A stretch of 64,000 nucleotides of DNA from Octopus vulgaris (Eukaryota): positions 104,842,001 through 104,906,000 of the forward strand of contig OX597817.1 of assembly GCA_951406725.2 (NCBI GenBank), given 5' to 3'. Below are positions 14,601 through 28,900 of the stretch, piece after piece. The position numbers and the translations under genes were made by a program. Under the pieces are notes generated by a model that ran no database searches, was not told the origin of the DNA, and saw only the letters and a list, made by a program, of their open reading frames with translations. The stretch's first letter is position 1. Every line of letters begins with the position of its first letter.

Positions 14601-15782
14601 TTTCCATGTTTGCATAGGTTGGACAGTATTTGAGGCAGATTTTCTACAGTAGGACATGCTTTCTGTCATCAACCCTCACCTGTTTTCCAAGCAAGGTAAT
14701 ATTTCTCCATGACCAGACATATTTTCACTGAAAATTAGAAATGAAGGACACCACATGATGGGGACACTCATTTACAACTATCACACATATATGAATAGCT
14801 TCTTTCAGTTTCCATCTACCAAATCTACTCACAAGGCTTTGGTCAGTTTGTGACTATGGTAGAAGACACTTGCTAACTGTATCACGCAGAATTACTGAAC
14901 CCGGAACCATGCAGTTGCACATGAAGCATATGATTATTTTCAAATGTTTAATTCTGTAAAGCATTTGTCATGTAAACTCATATTCTTAATCCATTATTTA
15001 TTTATAGAGTTTATTTGTTGTGGTAGATACTATCTCAATTGCTAACTCATAGTGATGTGTTGTACTCAACAAGTATGTTTAGCTTTAAATCATCTCTAAT
15101 CCAGAACTCGTTGGTTGAACGAGGCATTATTGACCATTCCATTATCCTAATTTCCCAATTATATCATATCTCCACCTAAATAAGGACTATTGTAGAAGAC
15201 ACTTGCCCAAGGTGCCACCAGCTATCAAAATTTACAATACTGCTAAATATGTGAATAAATAGAGATGTTATTTAACCTAGGTTAGCCTTGATTGTGCAGA
15301 CCTGTGATCACTACCATTCCAACCATGACTATCTGGTCTTTTTTTTTCAGACGGAAGGGTATAATTTGAAGAAACGTGGCTCAAAATTTCATAAGTTGTT
15401 TCCTGTTATTAGACAGTTTATATAAAGAATGCAATGAAGGCTTTTTATTCTCTTCACAAGCACAACCTTGGTCAAGAAGTCTTTACAACCCTGTGGTTTC
15501 AGGTTCATTCCTGCTACAAAGTACAATAGGCTGACCAATACATAGATGATGGCATTGTTAATGCATGCCACTGACAGGTTCATTATTCAAAAGATCAGGG
15601 AATAAGTACCTTATCTTGAAACAAGTAAAGATTGATGAGAATAGCATCCTGCCATAGAAAACAAAACAAAAAAAACTGTCATTAAATCTTGTTTAATCCA
15701 TGGTAAAAGTGAATGTTACAATGATGAGGATGTTCTTTATTCTAAAAATAAAAACAAAATATGCCAACACATTAGATAATAT

Positions 15783-15788
15783 TTTATT
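15783..15788 (-). promoter_or_regulatory. candidate polyadenylation signal of RACGAP1
   Basis: AATAAA on the - strand about 1.2 kb past the stop, near the end of mostly non-repetitive sequence. A second copy is at 15736-15741. Confidence 0.35.
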
Positions 15789-16981
15789 TACATTAAGTAT
15801 GGACAATATTACATTATAATTAATATCACCTTATATTTTTCAATATAAAGTATGGATAATATTAAATTATCAAAATAGTAATCCTATTTGAGACTTGGAA
15901 AAAGATTTTAATTCTTTGATTAGAAAACAAACTGAATAGAGAATTTATAAACACTTCATCTCAATTATAAGATACAATTAAAAGCAAAAATTAACAATAT
16001 GACAGACCAATAAAATAAGCACTGGAGTTGAAATGATTGACTAAAATCATTGAAAATATACCTCAACACAGCAGCAACCCATTGATTGAAACTAGTAAAA
16101 ATGAATAATGAAGATTGTAAAAACTTGTAACAAGCTCTCATTTATCAGTAAATACCAAAGTTTGAAGAGAAGTGATTTTGTATGAGTCAGCTTAGGTGAA
16201 GAGATGATTTAAGAAAAAACAAAAAAAGATGTGAATGTAAATGAAATTAATTTTACTTTCTAATCAACATAAGAAAGCATTTTAAAATTATATTATTAGC
16301 AAATTTCAAATACATGTTTTATTAAAGTTGTGCGAAATGTTAACTTGATTTGGCATAGTTATGTTTGCTCTGTGTTTCTTTCAATTACTTTAAATATGAT
16401 AAAGAATTTAGTAAAATTACTTAGTTATCATTAAGCTAATGTTGGGAGCATAAATTGTGACTAAGGTTTGGTGGAAGATTTTATTTCAAAACTTATGGAA
16501 ACAAGACATTTGTACTCAGAGCCAGAGCCAGAGCCGGTTTCAGCCGGGTTGGTATTGAAAGGGTTAAAAGTAATTATAAAATTTAGAATTTATAAAAAAA
16601 AGTTCAAAGATGAGTGGCTCTTGTTCTATGTCATGAAGTTCAGCATGTGTTAAAAACTGTCTAGCAGTGATTCTAATTGCTTATTACTATAGTTGCTTGT
16701 TTGCTACAGAATTCCAGATGATGACCATAACACAACAGCCATGTCATAGAAAATTACTACAAAATCAAAGTTGAATATAAAAACATATCAAAAGCATTAT
16801 AAAAGGAACCTTTACAGTTGGTGAGTTGTAGAGCATTAGAGAAACTTCTGTATTTACCATAAAGACTATGAATGCAGAAAAAGTGTGAAACAATTTTATA
16901 AAATATGCTTTATAAAAATGTACATGTGTTTATATTCATAAAGAAAGTGAATAGTGTGAAGATGTGGAGAGAAGAAGCAAG

Positions 16982-17054
16982 TCACTCTAGATTCGGTGAA
17001 TCAAAGAAGTGTTTAGTTCTTTTATTTTGCAATCGTCCATTTTTCTGTCCAAAT
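16982..17054 (-). CDS. RACGAP1: RACGAP1 last coding exon (RFGQKNGRLQNKRTKHFFDSPNLE*)
   Basis: tttcag| acceptor; TGA stop; FFxSP C-terminus. Confidence 0.9.
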
Positions 17055-18452
17055 CTGAAATAAAGATAATAGAAATAACTCATCAAAAGCTTAATGTTTG
17101 ACCCGCTTTCTCCCCCACACACAATCTTAAAACAAGAGTTGCTGTAACGTGTATATAGACAGAAAAATAAAGATTTGTGAAAACTGGCTTGTAGCTGAAT
17201 AAAATGGTATTACTAAGCTTACTTACCTAGGTGTACATGACGAAGCACTAGTGAATTTTTTGTTTGAAGATCCTGTTGGTGTTAGTCCAACTGGCCCCAA
17301 CATGCTGTGTAACACTGCAATGTTAAACAAGACAAATTATGTAACGAAACAGAACAAAGTAGAGGATTCTATATAAAATTTTAAAAAAAACATATTTAGA
17401 TTTGTATTTTGTACTAAAATATACTTTAATGAATATATAAGTTGGACAGCTGAAGGATTGAGATTTCAACCTATTTTCATGTTGTTTAACAATGATGCAA
17501 CCAGAACTGGCTAAATATATTTCCTTACATAGAATTAAGGAATGGTATAAACCTAGTGCAATAATGCAATTATGATACTCTGCAACAACACAACAAGTAA
17601 AATTATAATACCATAATAAAAGTCTGTTGCAGCAACAAAATTTATGTAATAAAAGATGCAAGTCTGATTTATTGCAAAATAACTTAGATCTCCACTTGAC
17701 ATTCACTAATTCTTCAAGTCCATTCGTTTTTCCAGAGATATGATAATCTAGTTAGTGATATTTCACAACACTATGAAGTATTTTCACCCTCAGATAACAG
17801 AAGAGTATTTACAAGGAACAAGTATCTCAGATGTGTGTGAGCAGTAAATGTCACAGTAACCTCAAAACTCTTCAGGATTCTGGCAATAAATGAAGGAGAT
17901 ATAAATCTCATCCTAAAATGATGTTAACTATTCGCAATAAACATTCTCATATGATCAATAATCCATTTTAAACAGACAAATGTTTAAAGACTTTATTCAG
18001 AAGCTAGGACTAATTTTACAAGGGTGTTCACTAATAATGTACACTCTGAAAGCATACAGCACATCCTTAATTATAGTAATATCATCAGATGAATAAACGG
18101 TTAAGTGGAAGTTACACTTAGACTAACGAGGTAGCAAACTGGTTATAGTAAAGCACCCAGGTCCAGTGTTAGCAATATACTTGACATGAAAGTCATTATT
18201 GATACTGTAAGCCAGGGACCTGAAATTTATATATATATACACACACAATGTTTGATTTTATGTTCAGTTGTAATAAAAACAATTTTATATTAATCTGACG
18301 GGTTATGGGTTGCTCTATACTTTTGTATAGTACAAATTTATTATTCTTCTACAAGAATGTTGTTGACTGACTTCAAAGTTTTGGCCATTGTCCTACAATG
18401 GCATAGCTGGCTGAACCTTTCAAGTCACTATCAACAACATTCTTGCATGAGG

Positions 18453-18489
<37 letters not shown>

Positions 18490-21400
18490 TAATGATACAT
18501 TAAAGTTAATTTTGATTAAAGCTAACCATGTTTTTCTTCAGGAGTATGATGAGGTGTGTGGTTTTCTATGTTTGCGTTGTTGGACATTAAAAATTGATTC
18601 CAGTACTCTGTTGGTATATCAAGTAAATGCTCCATAACCTGAAGTTCAGAAGAGAGAAAATATTATTCGCAAATGACAACCCCAATTGAAGAACTAACCA
18701 AAGGTGATAATTAGGGAGAAGAATAGAACAAAAAAAAAAAAAAAAAAGAAAGAAAGAAAGAAAGAAAAGAAAACCTTCCAAGTATTTAAATTTTGACTCC
18801 CTTGGACACAAAGACCTGTTGAGGCAAGCAAAGTCAATATAGAACCTCATCCGACGACAGGCACCCATGCCAACCCCCTTTGCTTGCGAAGACATGTTGG
18901 GGCAAGCGAAATCGAAATCGAATTGAACCAGCCAGGACCCCTGGTCTGGTGGTACGTAAAAAGCACTATCCAACTCGTGGCCGATGCCAGTGCCGCCTCG
19001 ACTGGCTTCCGTGCCGGTGGCACGTAAAATACACCAATCCGACCGTGGCCGTTGCCAGCCTTGCCTGGCACCTGTGCAAGTGGCACGTAAAAAGCACCCA
19101 CTACACTCACGGAGTGGTTGGCGTTAGGAAGGGCATCCAGCTGTAGAAACATTGCCAGATAAGACTGGAGCCTGGTGCAGCCTTCTGGCTTCCCAGATCC
19201 CTGGTCGAACCGTCCAACCCATGCTAGCATGGAGAATGGACGTTAAACGATGATGATGATGATGATGAAGTATAGCAAGCAGAAATTTCTTAAAATGTTA
19301 GGATGGATATAAAATATGGCACTTGGTGACAGACATAAGAGCCAATGAGGGAACTTCTGCTCAACTCAAGAGAAATAGCAGCCATATCTCTCAATTACAT
19401 TCTTTGTGGTAATGGATAAGGAAGTGCTGGAAAAAAGATAGTCATGACAGTCATGGCTGGAATGCTTTGAGATGGATCAGCTCAACTCAGGCTGACTTGA
19501 GGCTAAACAGACATAAAAATATCGACTACATTATATTTTGGTTAGCATTGTTCTAATTTTTAGTAAGATTACTCATTGCAATAAATACTTAACACTATTG
19601 TAAACTGGAATACAAATTGGTATTAAGAAGGTGCAGACGTGGCTGTGTGGTAAGAAGTTTGCTTCCCATTCACATGGTTCTAGGTTCAATCCTCCTGCAT
19701 AGCACCTTGGGCAAGTCTTTTCCGTCTGATTCATGTGAGTATGGTAAAAAGGATGTTAAAAAAACCCCAAAATGAACCCATAATAAACAGAATGTACTTA
19801 CTTCTGACTGTAATTTAGTTTCTTTAAAAATTTCAGCAGGATTTGGATTAAGAGACGAAAACCCAACAATGGTAGGCCCAAACACTTTAGCTAAATTCTG
19901 TTTAGGCATTCGGCAATCAGCAGTCTGAGAAACACTGAAATAAATAAGATTTAATAACATGATGTAGTAATGTTGTCTAACTTGTAATCCTAGTTTTGCC
20001 CATAATTGACAAAATTTAAATACAACCAGCACTACTTTTGACACATATCTATGTATGAAAAACAAAATTTAAAAGATTACTTACTATTGTAGATGTTTTA
20101 TCAAGAATGCTAATGTGTCACGATTAGCCTGTGGCATGCATTTAATTACTTCATAAAGAGCAGCTTGAATGTTGGCTTCATTACCATATTCTGGAGAAAG
20201 AAAAAGAAAACGATTTTTTTTTTACTTTCCAGAGTTTCAGCAGTATCCAAATCAACAACACTTTCATCAATATGACTCAGATTAAGTAGAAAATAATAAT
20301 AGAAATCAAACTATGGAGAACCTACCAGTGACGGCTTTTATGAAACTAGGCCACAATTTATAAGTGACTAATGTATCTTTCAGAGATCGTAGGAAATCTT
20401 TCAAACAGCCACAAATAACATTGATGTCATCAATAAGAGACTGAAATAGACAATTTGTAGTCACATGATAGGGGTGAATACAGCAGAACAAATAATGGAG
20501 TGTCTGACTAAAATACCTTACAGTAATTAGGTTTACCCATCTTATAAATCAGTTGGGGTTCAGTTTGGTCCTTATCCCTTAAAAGTTCATAAAATAAGTA
20601 GGAATTGTGAACCGAAGTTAATTCAATTGGTTATAGCTGCTCTGAAACAAATTCATGTCCTTGTATCAAATTAATAAAAAAAGGTGTCTGTGAACATACA
20701 GAGAAATACTGTGGTGTTCCACTGAATCATGGTACACGTTTAGTATGATTAAAGAATATAGTTGCAGTATTAGCAATCAGATGTTCATTCTTTCAGACAC
20801 TTTTAAATGTGTCATCCATTATGCATAGTACTAATACAGTTTGGAAGAGGGATCTTCTAGCCAAGTGTCACAACATTTAAATTTAATGACCATATATGTA
20901 TGCCAAAAAGCAGTCATGTCATTTTAAAAATATATAAATTTTAAACATTGTGACCATTAACCCATTTTTTTTAGCATACCTATGTTGACATATACTGTCT
21001 TTGAATCAATTCGTTTTGAAAAGAATGAAGAATAGAGTAAAGTAACTCATTAGTAAGTTGGTTAATAGAACATGAATTAACATGAAGTTTTGACAGAACT
21101 TTTTAAGTTAAATTACTTTAAAACAAAAAATTGGTATCATTGAACCAGGGCAGTCTCAGATGGGTTGGTATTAAAAGGGTTAAGAAATTAAGATGTAAAA
21201 GCTATATTACTCACCAAGTTTGGTGTCCCTTTGCCTCTAAGAAATTTATCCTTAAGTTCCCTGACTTCTCGTTCAGAACTATAAACCAAAACAAAAGTGA
21301 ATGTTATATCAACTAACTTTATAAAAAAAAATTCCTGTTAAACTCAACTTGAGTAAGGCTGTTTTTGGTGCTTGTGACATGTCCATGCCAGTGACATGTG

Positions 21401-22875
21401 AAAGCACTTGTGCTGGTGACATGTGAGAGACACCCAGAACATGCAAAAGGCACCTTTGCTGGTGATACATGAGAAGCACCCATGCTAGTGACATGTGAAA
21501 GGCACCCATGTCAGTGACATGTAAAAAGCACCCACGGTGGTGACATGTAAAAGACACCCAGTACACTGTTGAGTCATTGGCATGAGGAAGGGCATCTAAC
21601 CATAGAAACCAAGCCAAGGTAGACTGGAGCCCGTTGCAGTTCTCTGGCTTATTATCTCCAGTCAAACTATCTAACCCATGCCAGCATGGAAAATGAACAT
21701 TAAATGATGATGATGATGATGTAAATATATTTTGGCAATACATTTTAAAGAAAGTCAGCTGAGGTTTTTCTACAAATGTGATAAACTCAAAAGTTTCCAA
21801 GCAATTGATAGTATAATGTGGTTTGAAGGATATTTGTTTGTTTCTGTTATTTCTAGCCAGTGGAATGACAGCATAAATGTTCCATCATTTATTACTTTTG
21901 ACCTCTTTCTCTACAATTATGTCATTACAGTCACCTCTGAAATACTTTGGCTCATGTCTCAAGTGCTGACTTGGGGCAGAAATATCCATCAAGTTATTTT
22001 TAATAAAAATGTCTTTAGCCTTATAAGCACTGACATGATTGAGCATTTAAAAAGTTCCTTCTGCAACCATGTTGCCCTATGTTTCATTTCAATGTGCAAC
22101 TTCAATTATAGCCTTGAGTCGCCCAATAACATGTGAACAGAATTTAGGCAGAACAGACATTGGGCAGAAGACAATAAATATATTGGGTTCAATCCCATTG
22201 TGTGGCATCTTGGGCAAGTTTCTTCTATTGCTGAAAGAAGCCTATCATATATATGTCTGTGTATCCTTGTCTTGAAACAGAGATTGTAGGAAACAAGCAT
22301 CAAGTGTTATTTATATACACACACATCATCATTTAACATTCATTGTCCATACTGGCATGGATTGGATGGTTTGACCAGGGCTGGCAAACTGGAAGGCTGC
22401 ACCAGACTCCAGTCTGATTTGGCATGGTTTCTAAGGTTGGATGCCCTTCCTAACACCAGCCACTCCGAAAGTGTAATGGCTGTTTTTACATGCCACTTGT
22501 GTGACACTGGTATCTGCTACGACCACTTTTTTACTTGGCTTGATGGGTTTTCTCAAGCACGACAATGCCCAAGGTCTCGATCATAGCCTCCGTGAGGCCC
22601 AGTACTCGTAAAGATCTCAGCCACTTTGCCTACATTAGGCCCAACGCTCCAAAGATACATTTTACATGCCAGTTACGCAACACCAGCATCAGCCATGACT
22701 ACAATTTCACTTGGCATGATGGGTCTTCTGAAGCACAGCATATTGCCAAAGATCTTGGTCACTAGTCATTGCCTCTCTGAGGCCCAAAGTTCAAAGAACA
22801 TGCTTAACTACCTCATCCAATGTCTTCCTGGGTCTACCTCTATCACAGGTTCTCCCCTCTCTCTCTCTCATTCAT

Positions 22876-22910
<35 letters not shown>

Positions 22911-25900
22911 GATGTTACCATCATTCAACTACTGCAAAAGATGACCAGAATTCTTGTCTAGCCACAACAACTTTCATAATCAATTGTGGTTCCATAACCA
23001 AGTGATTAGCACCAGCCATATACCTCATCTGAAACTAGCAATTCTGCCAATCCACTACTTCTTACTGACCCTGCAAGATGCTGAACTGATCTCAGTAGGA
23101 TTTGAGTATAGAGAGCAAGAAAAAAAAACACCACAAAGCCATTCCACCTAATGCTCTAACAATCCTGCCAGTTTGTCAGTATAATATCTGAGTACATTTT
23201 TGTATTTATATAGATATCAGAAGACCAGAAATGTGTTAAAATGATTAGTCCTCAATAATAGACACCTCCCTATGCGTAACACAATCCAGACTTAAAATTA
23301 ACATTTATTATTCCACTTGATATATTGCACCCAATAAAACGAACTGTTGAAAGTATGGAGTACATGATGTCTGAAATTTAAATGATTGTTATCATTGAAC
23401 TGACTTCACTTAACAGAGTTGCAATATATTTTCAGAATCCTGGTGAGAAATAACAACTGAAGATCCAAGCACAGGACAAAATAACAGTTTAAGTTTTAAA
23501 ACATATTACAATACTAAAATATTTTCTTCAAACATTAATATCAAACTATATAAAGTTCAATAGCAAAGAAGTTGGGATATTTGCTAATTGGTTAAGTATT
23601 GCACGATAATGGATACAACACTGCATTTTAGCTTTGTTTACTTTTATTTCAACGTGTAAATGAATGATAAATAAATGAATAACATTCAAGATATTCAGAA
23701 ACAACCTTGGTAATTGCAAATCATTTATCTAAAATTAGTGTTCATTAATAATAATATTTACCCAGGAACTCTGTAAATTCCAACTTCATTAAGACCACGG
23801 CGTTCAACTTCAGCAGTAAGACGTTGCTATAAAATAATCAAGAAATTAAGTTTTAAAATTTTTGGAATATATAAAACTGTTATTAATATCAATTTTTTGT
23901 CTTAGCACCGCCCGAACGTGGCAGATGCCAGCGCCACCTGGCTGGTATCCGTGTCGGTGACACGTAAAAGCACCAACCGATTGTGGCCATTTGCCAGCCT
24001 GCTCTGGCCCCTGTGCTGGTGGCACGTAAAAAACACCCACTACACTCACAGAGAGGTTGGCGTTAGGAAGGGCATCCAGCTGTAGAAACACTGCCAAATC
24101 AGACTAGAGCCTGGTGCAGCCTCCAAGGCTTCCAGACCCCCAGTCGAACCGTCCAACCCATGCTAGCGTGGAAAACGGACGTTAAATGATGATGATGATG
24201 AAAGTACTAATAAGGAGGCAGAAAATAGCAGAAGTGCTACCAATATAAATCACCAACGAGGGAATCTCTACAGTTATTCAACCTATAAATTTCCATCAGA
24301 TTATACCTTACTGTCTGAACAAAAGAACACATTGTAATCTGAGACATACAAAAAAGAAAAAGAGTAAAAAAAAAATCAGAAATGTAATATCTGAATGTGG
24401 GTTTGCACAGTCAGGGCTGATGTTAGGACAAATACTATAAACACTATGTAAAGCTCAAATCATGTCACAAAGAAAAAGATAATAAAGAAATGCTCTGTTC
24501 AAAGTTAATGGTACATAAAACTGCTACGGAATAAAGTTTAGAGAAGACATTTCATGTGATACTGAATGAACAGTTAAGAATTTAGATAAAGAGAAAAAAA
24601 TTAATGCAATGGGAGACAGAATGGAAACAAACAAGGGATTCTTCTATAGAGCAAACAATACTTACAATAATCCCAGGAATTCTAGGAGAGTCTAGACCAG
24701 CATAGTCAGCAAGAAAACCCTGGTTAAAAAAGAAAAAAAAAGAGAATAGATTTAAACTTTTAAGAAATTTATTGCCAAAGAAAGCAATCAATGGTAATTT
24801 TAAAATAAGAGAAATTTTCAATGAAATACTATGGAAATGATTGTGAAGTGAATGATTGTCTGATCAGGAAAAACTGAGGCAAGTAAAATTGTATAGTTGT
24901 AAGATCTGAACAGATTATGTGGTCTTTAGCACAGTATCTCAACCCCAACCATTGTGCATCGCAAAAATGAAAATCAGTTACACATCATATTATTGGTTAG
25001 GGAGCATTAAAATTTTTTTGAGATAAGCTAAAGGTAGAGCCGAAAGGTAAAAAAAAAAACCCAGAAGACTTCAATTTGGTATAGATAAACAGATATAGAT
25101 AAAGAAATAAACAGAAAGTCTTTTCTCCCTGAAACTTCTGGCGATTTGTTGTGCTTGAGAAGACATGTCAGGCTAAGCGAAACCACGGTAATGGCCAGTG
25201 CTGGTAATATACATTCTGTTGGTATTAGGAAGAGCACCCTGCTGCAGAAACCAAACCAAAACAGATGACTGGAACCTGGTGCAGCTCTCCAGCTTACCAG
25301 ATCCAGTCAAAGTGTCTAACCCAAGCCAGCATGGAAAATGGATGATGATAAAAACTATCCTAATATTATCTATATGCATGAAATCCTTTATTGGTTTTAC
25401 CTATCCTACAATTGTCAGCTGGAATGGCTGATCCTTCTGTCAGATTCAATACATTTTCCATATTTTAGTAGTCTTTCAAAGTAGCATTTCCATGCCTTTC
25501 TTTGCAGAATCACTAGTATTGAGTTATTCTTCCATACACACTTCTATCCTACATCTCAATATTCTCTGATACACTGTCTTGCAACTAGCAACACCTCACA
25601 TCTCTGATTCTCATGTTGTGGAATATCATCAGCAAACCTCTTCCTCTCTGCTTCTCCCCTTGCTACACATATCTTGTCATCTAGCTTCTTTTCTAGCTAC
25701 TGAGTATAACTCTCTGTTAATCCCATTCTTCCAAGCCTGTCTCTTTGTTTTTATGGTTCTGTCTACTTCACTGTTCTGCTACCACATTTCCCTTGGCATA
25801 GATGGAACTTTGCACATATCACAGATTTGGCCTATAGGTTGCCCTCTATGTTACATGTCTCTATCTCCCACTTCTAGCCAAAAGCTTCAATCAGAACTTC

Positions 25901-28900
25901 TCTAAATCTCTTTTATGTATTACCACCTACTACCTCCACCTTCCTAACCCACTCACATCTTTCCATAACTATCTCACAAACTGAGAATCACCATTGATCA
26001 CATCGCAACACATGTCCACCATTCACCATTATCCCCATCACTATCTATAACTCTCCTTTCACACATTTGCAAACCCTACTCACTCAGCCATCCTTAATGC
26101 TCCTTTTAACAAAATTCTTGTATCATAGAGGCTACATCCTGAGGCCGCATCTCCACAAGCCTTTCTCTCAGAGAAAGGCTGGAGATGAGGTCTCAGGGTG
26201 TACCCTCTATAGTACAAGAGTACTCCCCAAAAGAGTAGTCATGTATCTCCTCTACAGTAAGACGTCCGCCTGTTCCTCTTTCATAGTTTAGCCTCTCAGC
26301 ACCTGGTACAAAGCCACCTTCCTCAATACTGTGACCTCACTCTTTTGAAGGGTCTTGTCTTACGAGTTACTTCAGCTGCCATGAAAAAAAAAACAGCCAG
26401 TACACTGTGTGTCAAGTGGCTAACATTAGGAAAAGCATCCTGTTATAGTAACTATGCCAATGTAGACATTGGAGCTTGATGCAGTCGTCTGGCTTGTATG
26501 ATCCAATCAAACCATCCAACTAATGCTAGCATAGGAGGAATGACATTAAATGGTGAAGATGCTATGAAAATGTCTGTCTATTACAAGAGCTCACATTGTA
26601 AGCACATATCTAATTTTTAAAGATAGGAGACCTGAACTAGATATTGGTTTAAAATTTTGGCACAATGCCATTAAGTTTGGGAAAGTTGATTACATCAACC
26701 CCAATGATCAACTGGTACTTACTTTATCTACTCCAAAAGGATGAAAGGTAATGTAAACCTTGGTGGAATTTGAACTCAGAATGTAAAGACAAAAAATGCT
26801 GTTAAGCATTTTGCACAGCATGCTAACAATTCTGCCAGCTCCCTGCTCTGAACTGAACTTAATATTGGCAACAGAGTGGATGCAGCTAAAAGGTACTCAA
26901 GGGCCAGCTGTGGTGTTAAACCTAGCAATGGATTAAGCTTACCCAACAACAAGAATGGTCTTTCATAGAGTTTTTCTCACAATACCGTGCTTGACTCAAA
27001 ATGGTAGAAGATATTTCTCTAAAGCACCAAGCAGTGAGACTGAATTCAAAACTGTAGTTATGATGTAAGCTTCTAATTACACATTATTGGCAAAATACAG
27101 AGAGGGTTTATTTACGGTAAAGAAAAAGATATTGAAATCTTATTTCATTGAACAGTAAACAAGCTGAGTCATAGACAGAAAAAAGAATTACCATTTCGTT
27201 TTTGGTAAGCCCTGGAGTTCTAACTGATACTGGTATACAAGGTACAGGAGTCTGTTCTTCACATTCTGGATGTCGATGAAATTTACATTCTGTGGAGTAA
27301 AATAAATCTTTGTTAGAAAAAGAAAATAATTTACAGAACTTTCAAAGAATATTTTAAGTGTATCTTTTATTCAGAGGATATATATATATATATATATATA
27401 CATAAATAAAGTCAATGAATATTATAAGCATCATATCATGTGTTTTGTGAGTCAAATTCACATTCACCATTTTAAACTTGTATGGGTAGGACAGTTTGAC
27501 AGGATCTGACATGCTGGAGGACCATGGCTTGCTCCAGTGTCTTAGGTTTGGCTTGGTTTCTACACTTTGATGCCCTTCACAACACCAACTATTTAACAGA
27601 ATGTACTGAGTGCATTTTTTGGTGGCACTAGCACTGTAGAGGTTGTTTTGCCCTCAGCAGAGCTAGAATCTTCCCAAAACCTGTGCTGTTGCTTCTCAAT
27701 TTACCAATCACTTTACAGAGAGCACTAGATGCTTTTTCCATACTACCAGCACTAGTGAGGTCATCTTGTAAATTACAAGGTGAAAGAGCCTCCACTACTG
27801 AGAGAAAGAAAAGGAGAAAGAGCAAGGACTTTAGGTGAAGTGTTGGGGGTAAGCACTAACAAATGGAATCAGGAATTCAGTTATATGAAATAATTTAAAA
27901 GCAAAAATCAGAATTAGTTCAAAATAAAACACTAGGCCTCACACTAGATTTTGAAGTGTAAAATGAATGAGAAACTTTCCTCAGGATCTATGGACAGCTA
28001 CCTTTACAAGAGGCATTCATGTGCCACTTTTACATGTTACACTGATAATCTATAGCCCCTCATGGTATAGCAACTTGAGTGGGACATTAAGAGAATGACA
28101 ACTTTATTCTATAGATGGAACAATGTAATTTGCTTTAAATATTCAGTTCAGAAAAGGATTTAAAAAAAAAATTATCTTATATAAAAGACCTTATAAAAAG
28201 ATCTTTAAAAATTAGGAGTTAAAAACAACAAAATATTGAAAGGGAGGGAGAATTGAATAATTTTACCTTTACAGCGCATTATTTTACAACCAAACTTAAA
28301 TTTCTGGTTACACTGTAATGAAAGAAAAAAAATCAATATGAAATATAAGTTTATGAAAGATTTAAAAAATAGTTTTACATAATAATAATAATGTGTACAG
28401 TGCTCAGGTGCACTACAACTCATCTAAAGTGTATATATAATCAGGTGTAGTTTCGGCGGATTTCGGAAAGCATGAGGGCCTTAAAGGATGCAGCGTCATG
28501 GCAGTCAACAACTGATGCAGGCAGTTTATTCCATGCTTCAGATCAATGTCAATGTGACTGGGCTGCTTTAACAAAGTCCAATATTTTCCCTTCAACTGTT
28601 TAAGCATCTCTTCTTAAGTAATAATTATTCCACGCTGAATTACAAATGCTACTTTCTTTTTAGCCATGCTTATTGGTATTTTCATCTAGTTGCACAACTG
28701 AATTGTTATCTGAGAGAGCCTCTAAATTGTTGCTTAACCTGCTAGAAACAGCAGCCAAATCTCCCACAAAATGCACCCTACTGTTTTAAATAAGGAAAGT
28801 ACACATTGAATATTGTAGTTCTAGATGCCCCTAAAAAGACAGAGAGGTCACAGCTATAAGACTTTTGATCAAAGATCTGCTCAGTCAGAGCTGAACCAGG

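Noticed and set aside
17323-17706. 127-aa ORF
   Set aside because: Lies in a RACGAP1 intron, starts from a non-ATG codon, has AT-rich composition and no recognisable domain.
18945-19105. Repeat-spacer pattern resembling a CRISPR array
   Set aside because: Eukaryotic context, spacers similar to one another, no cas genes; it is the RTE 3' UTR.
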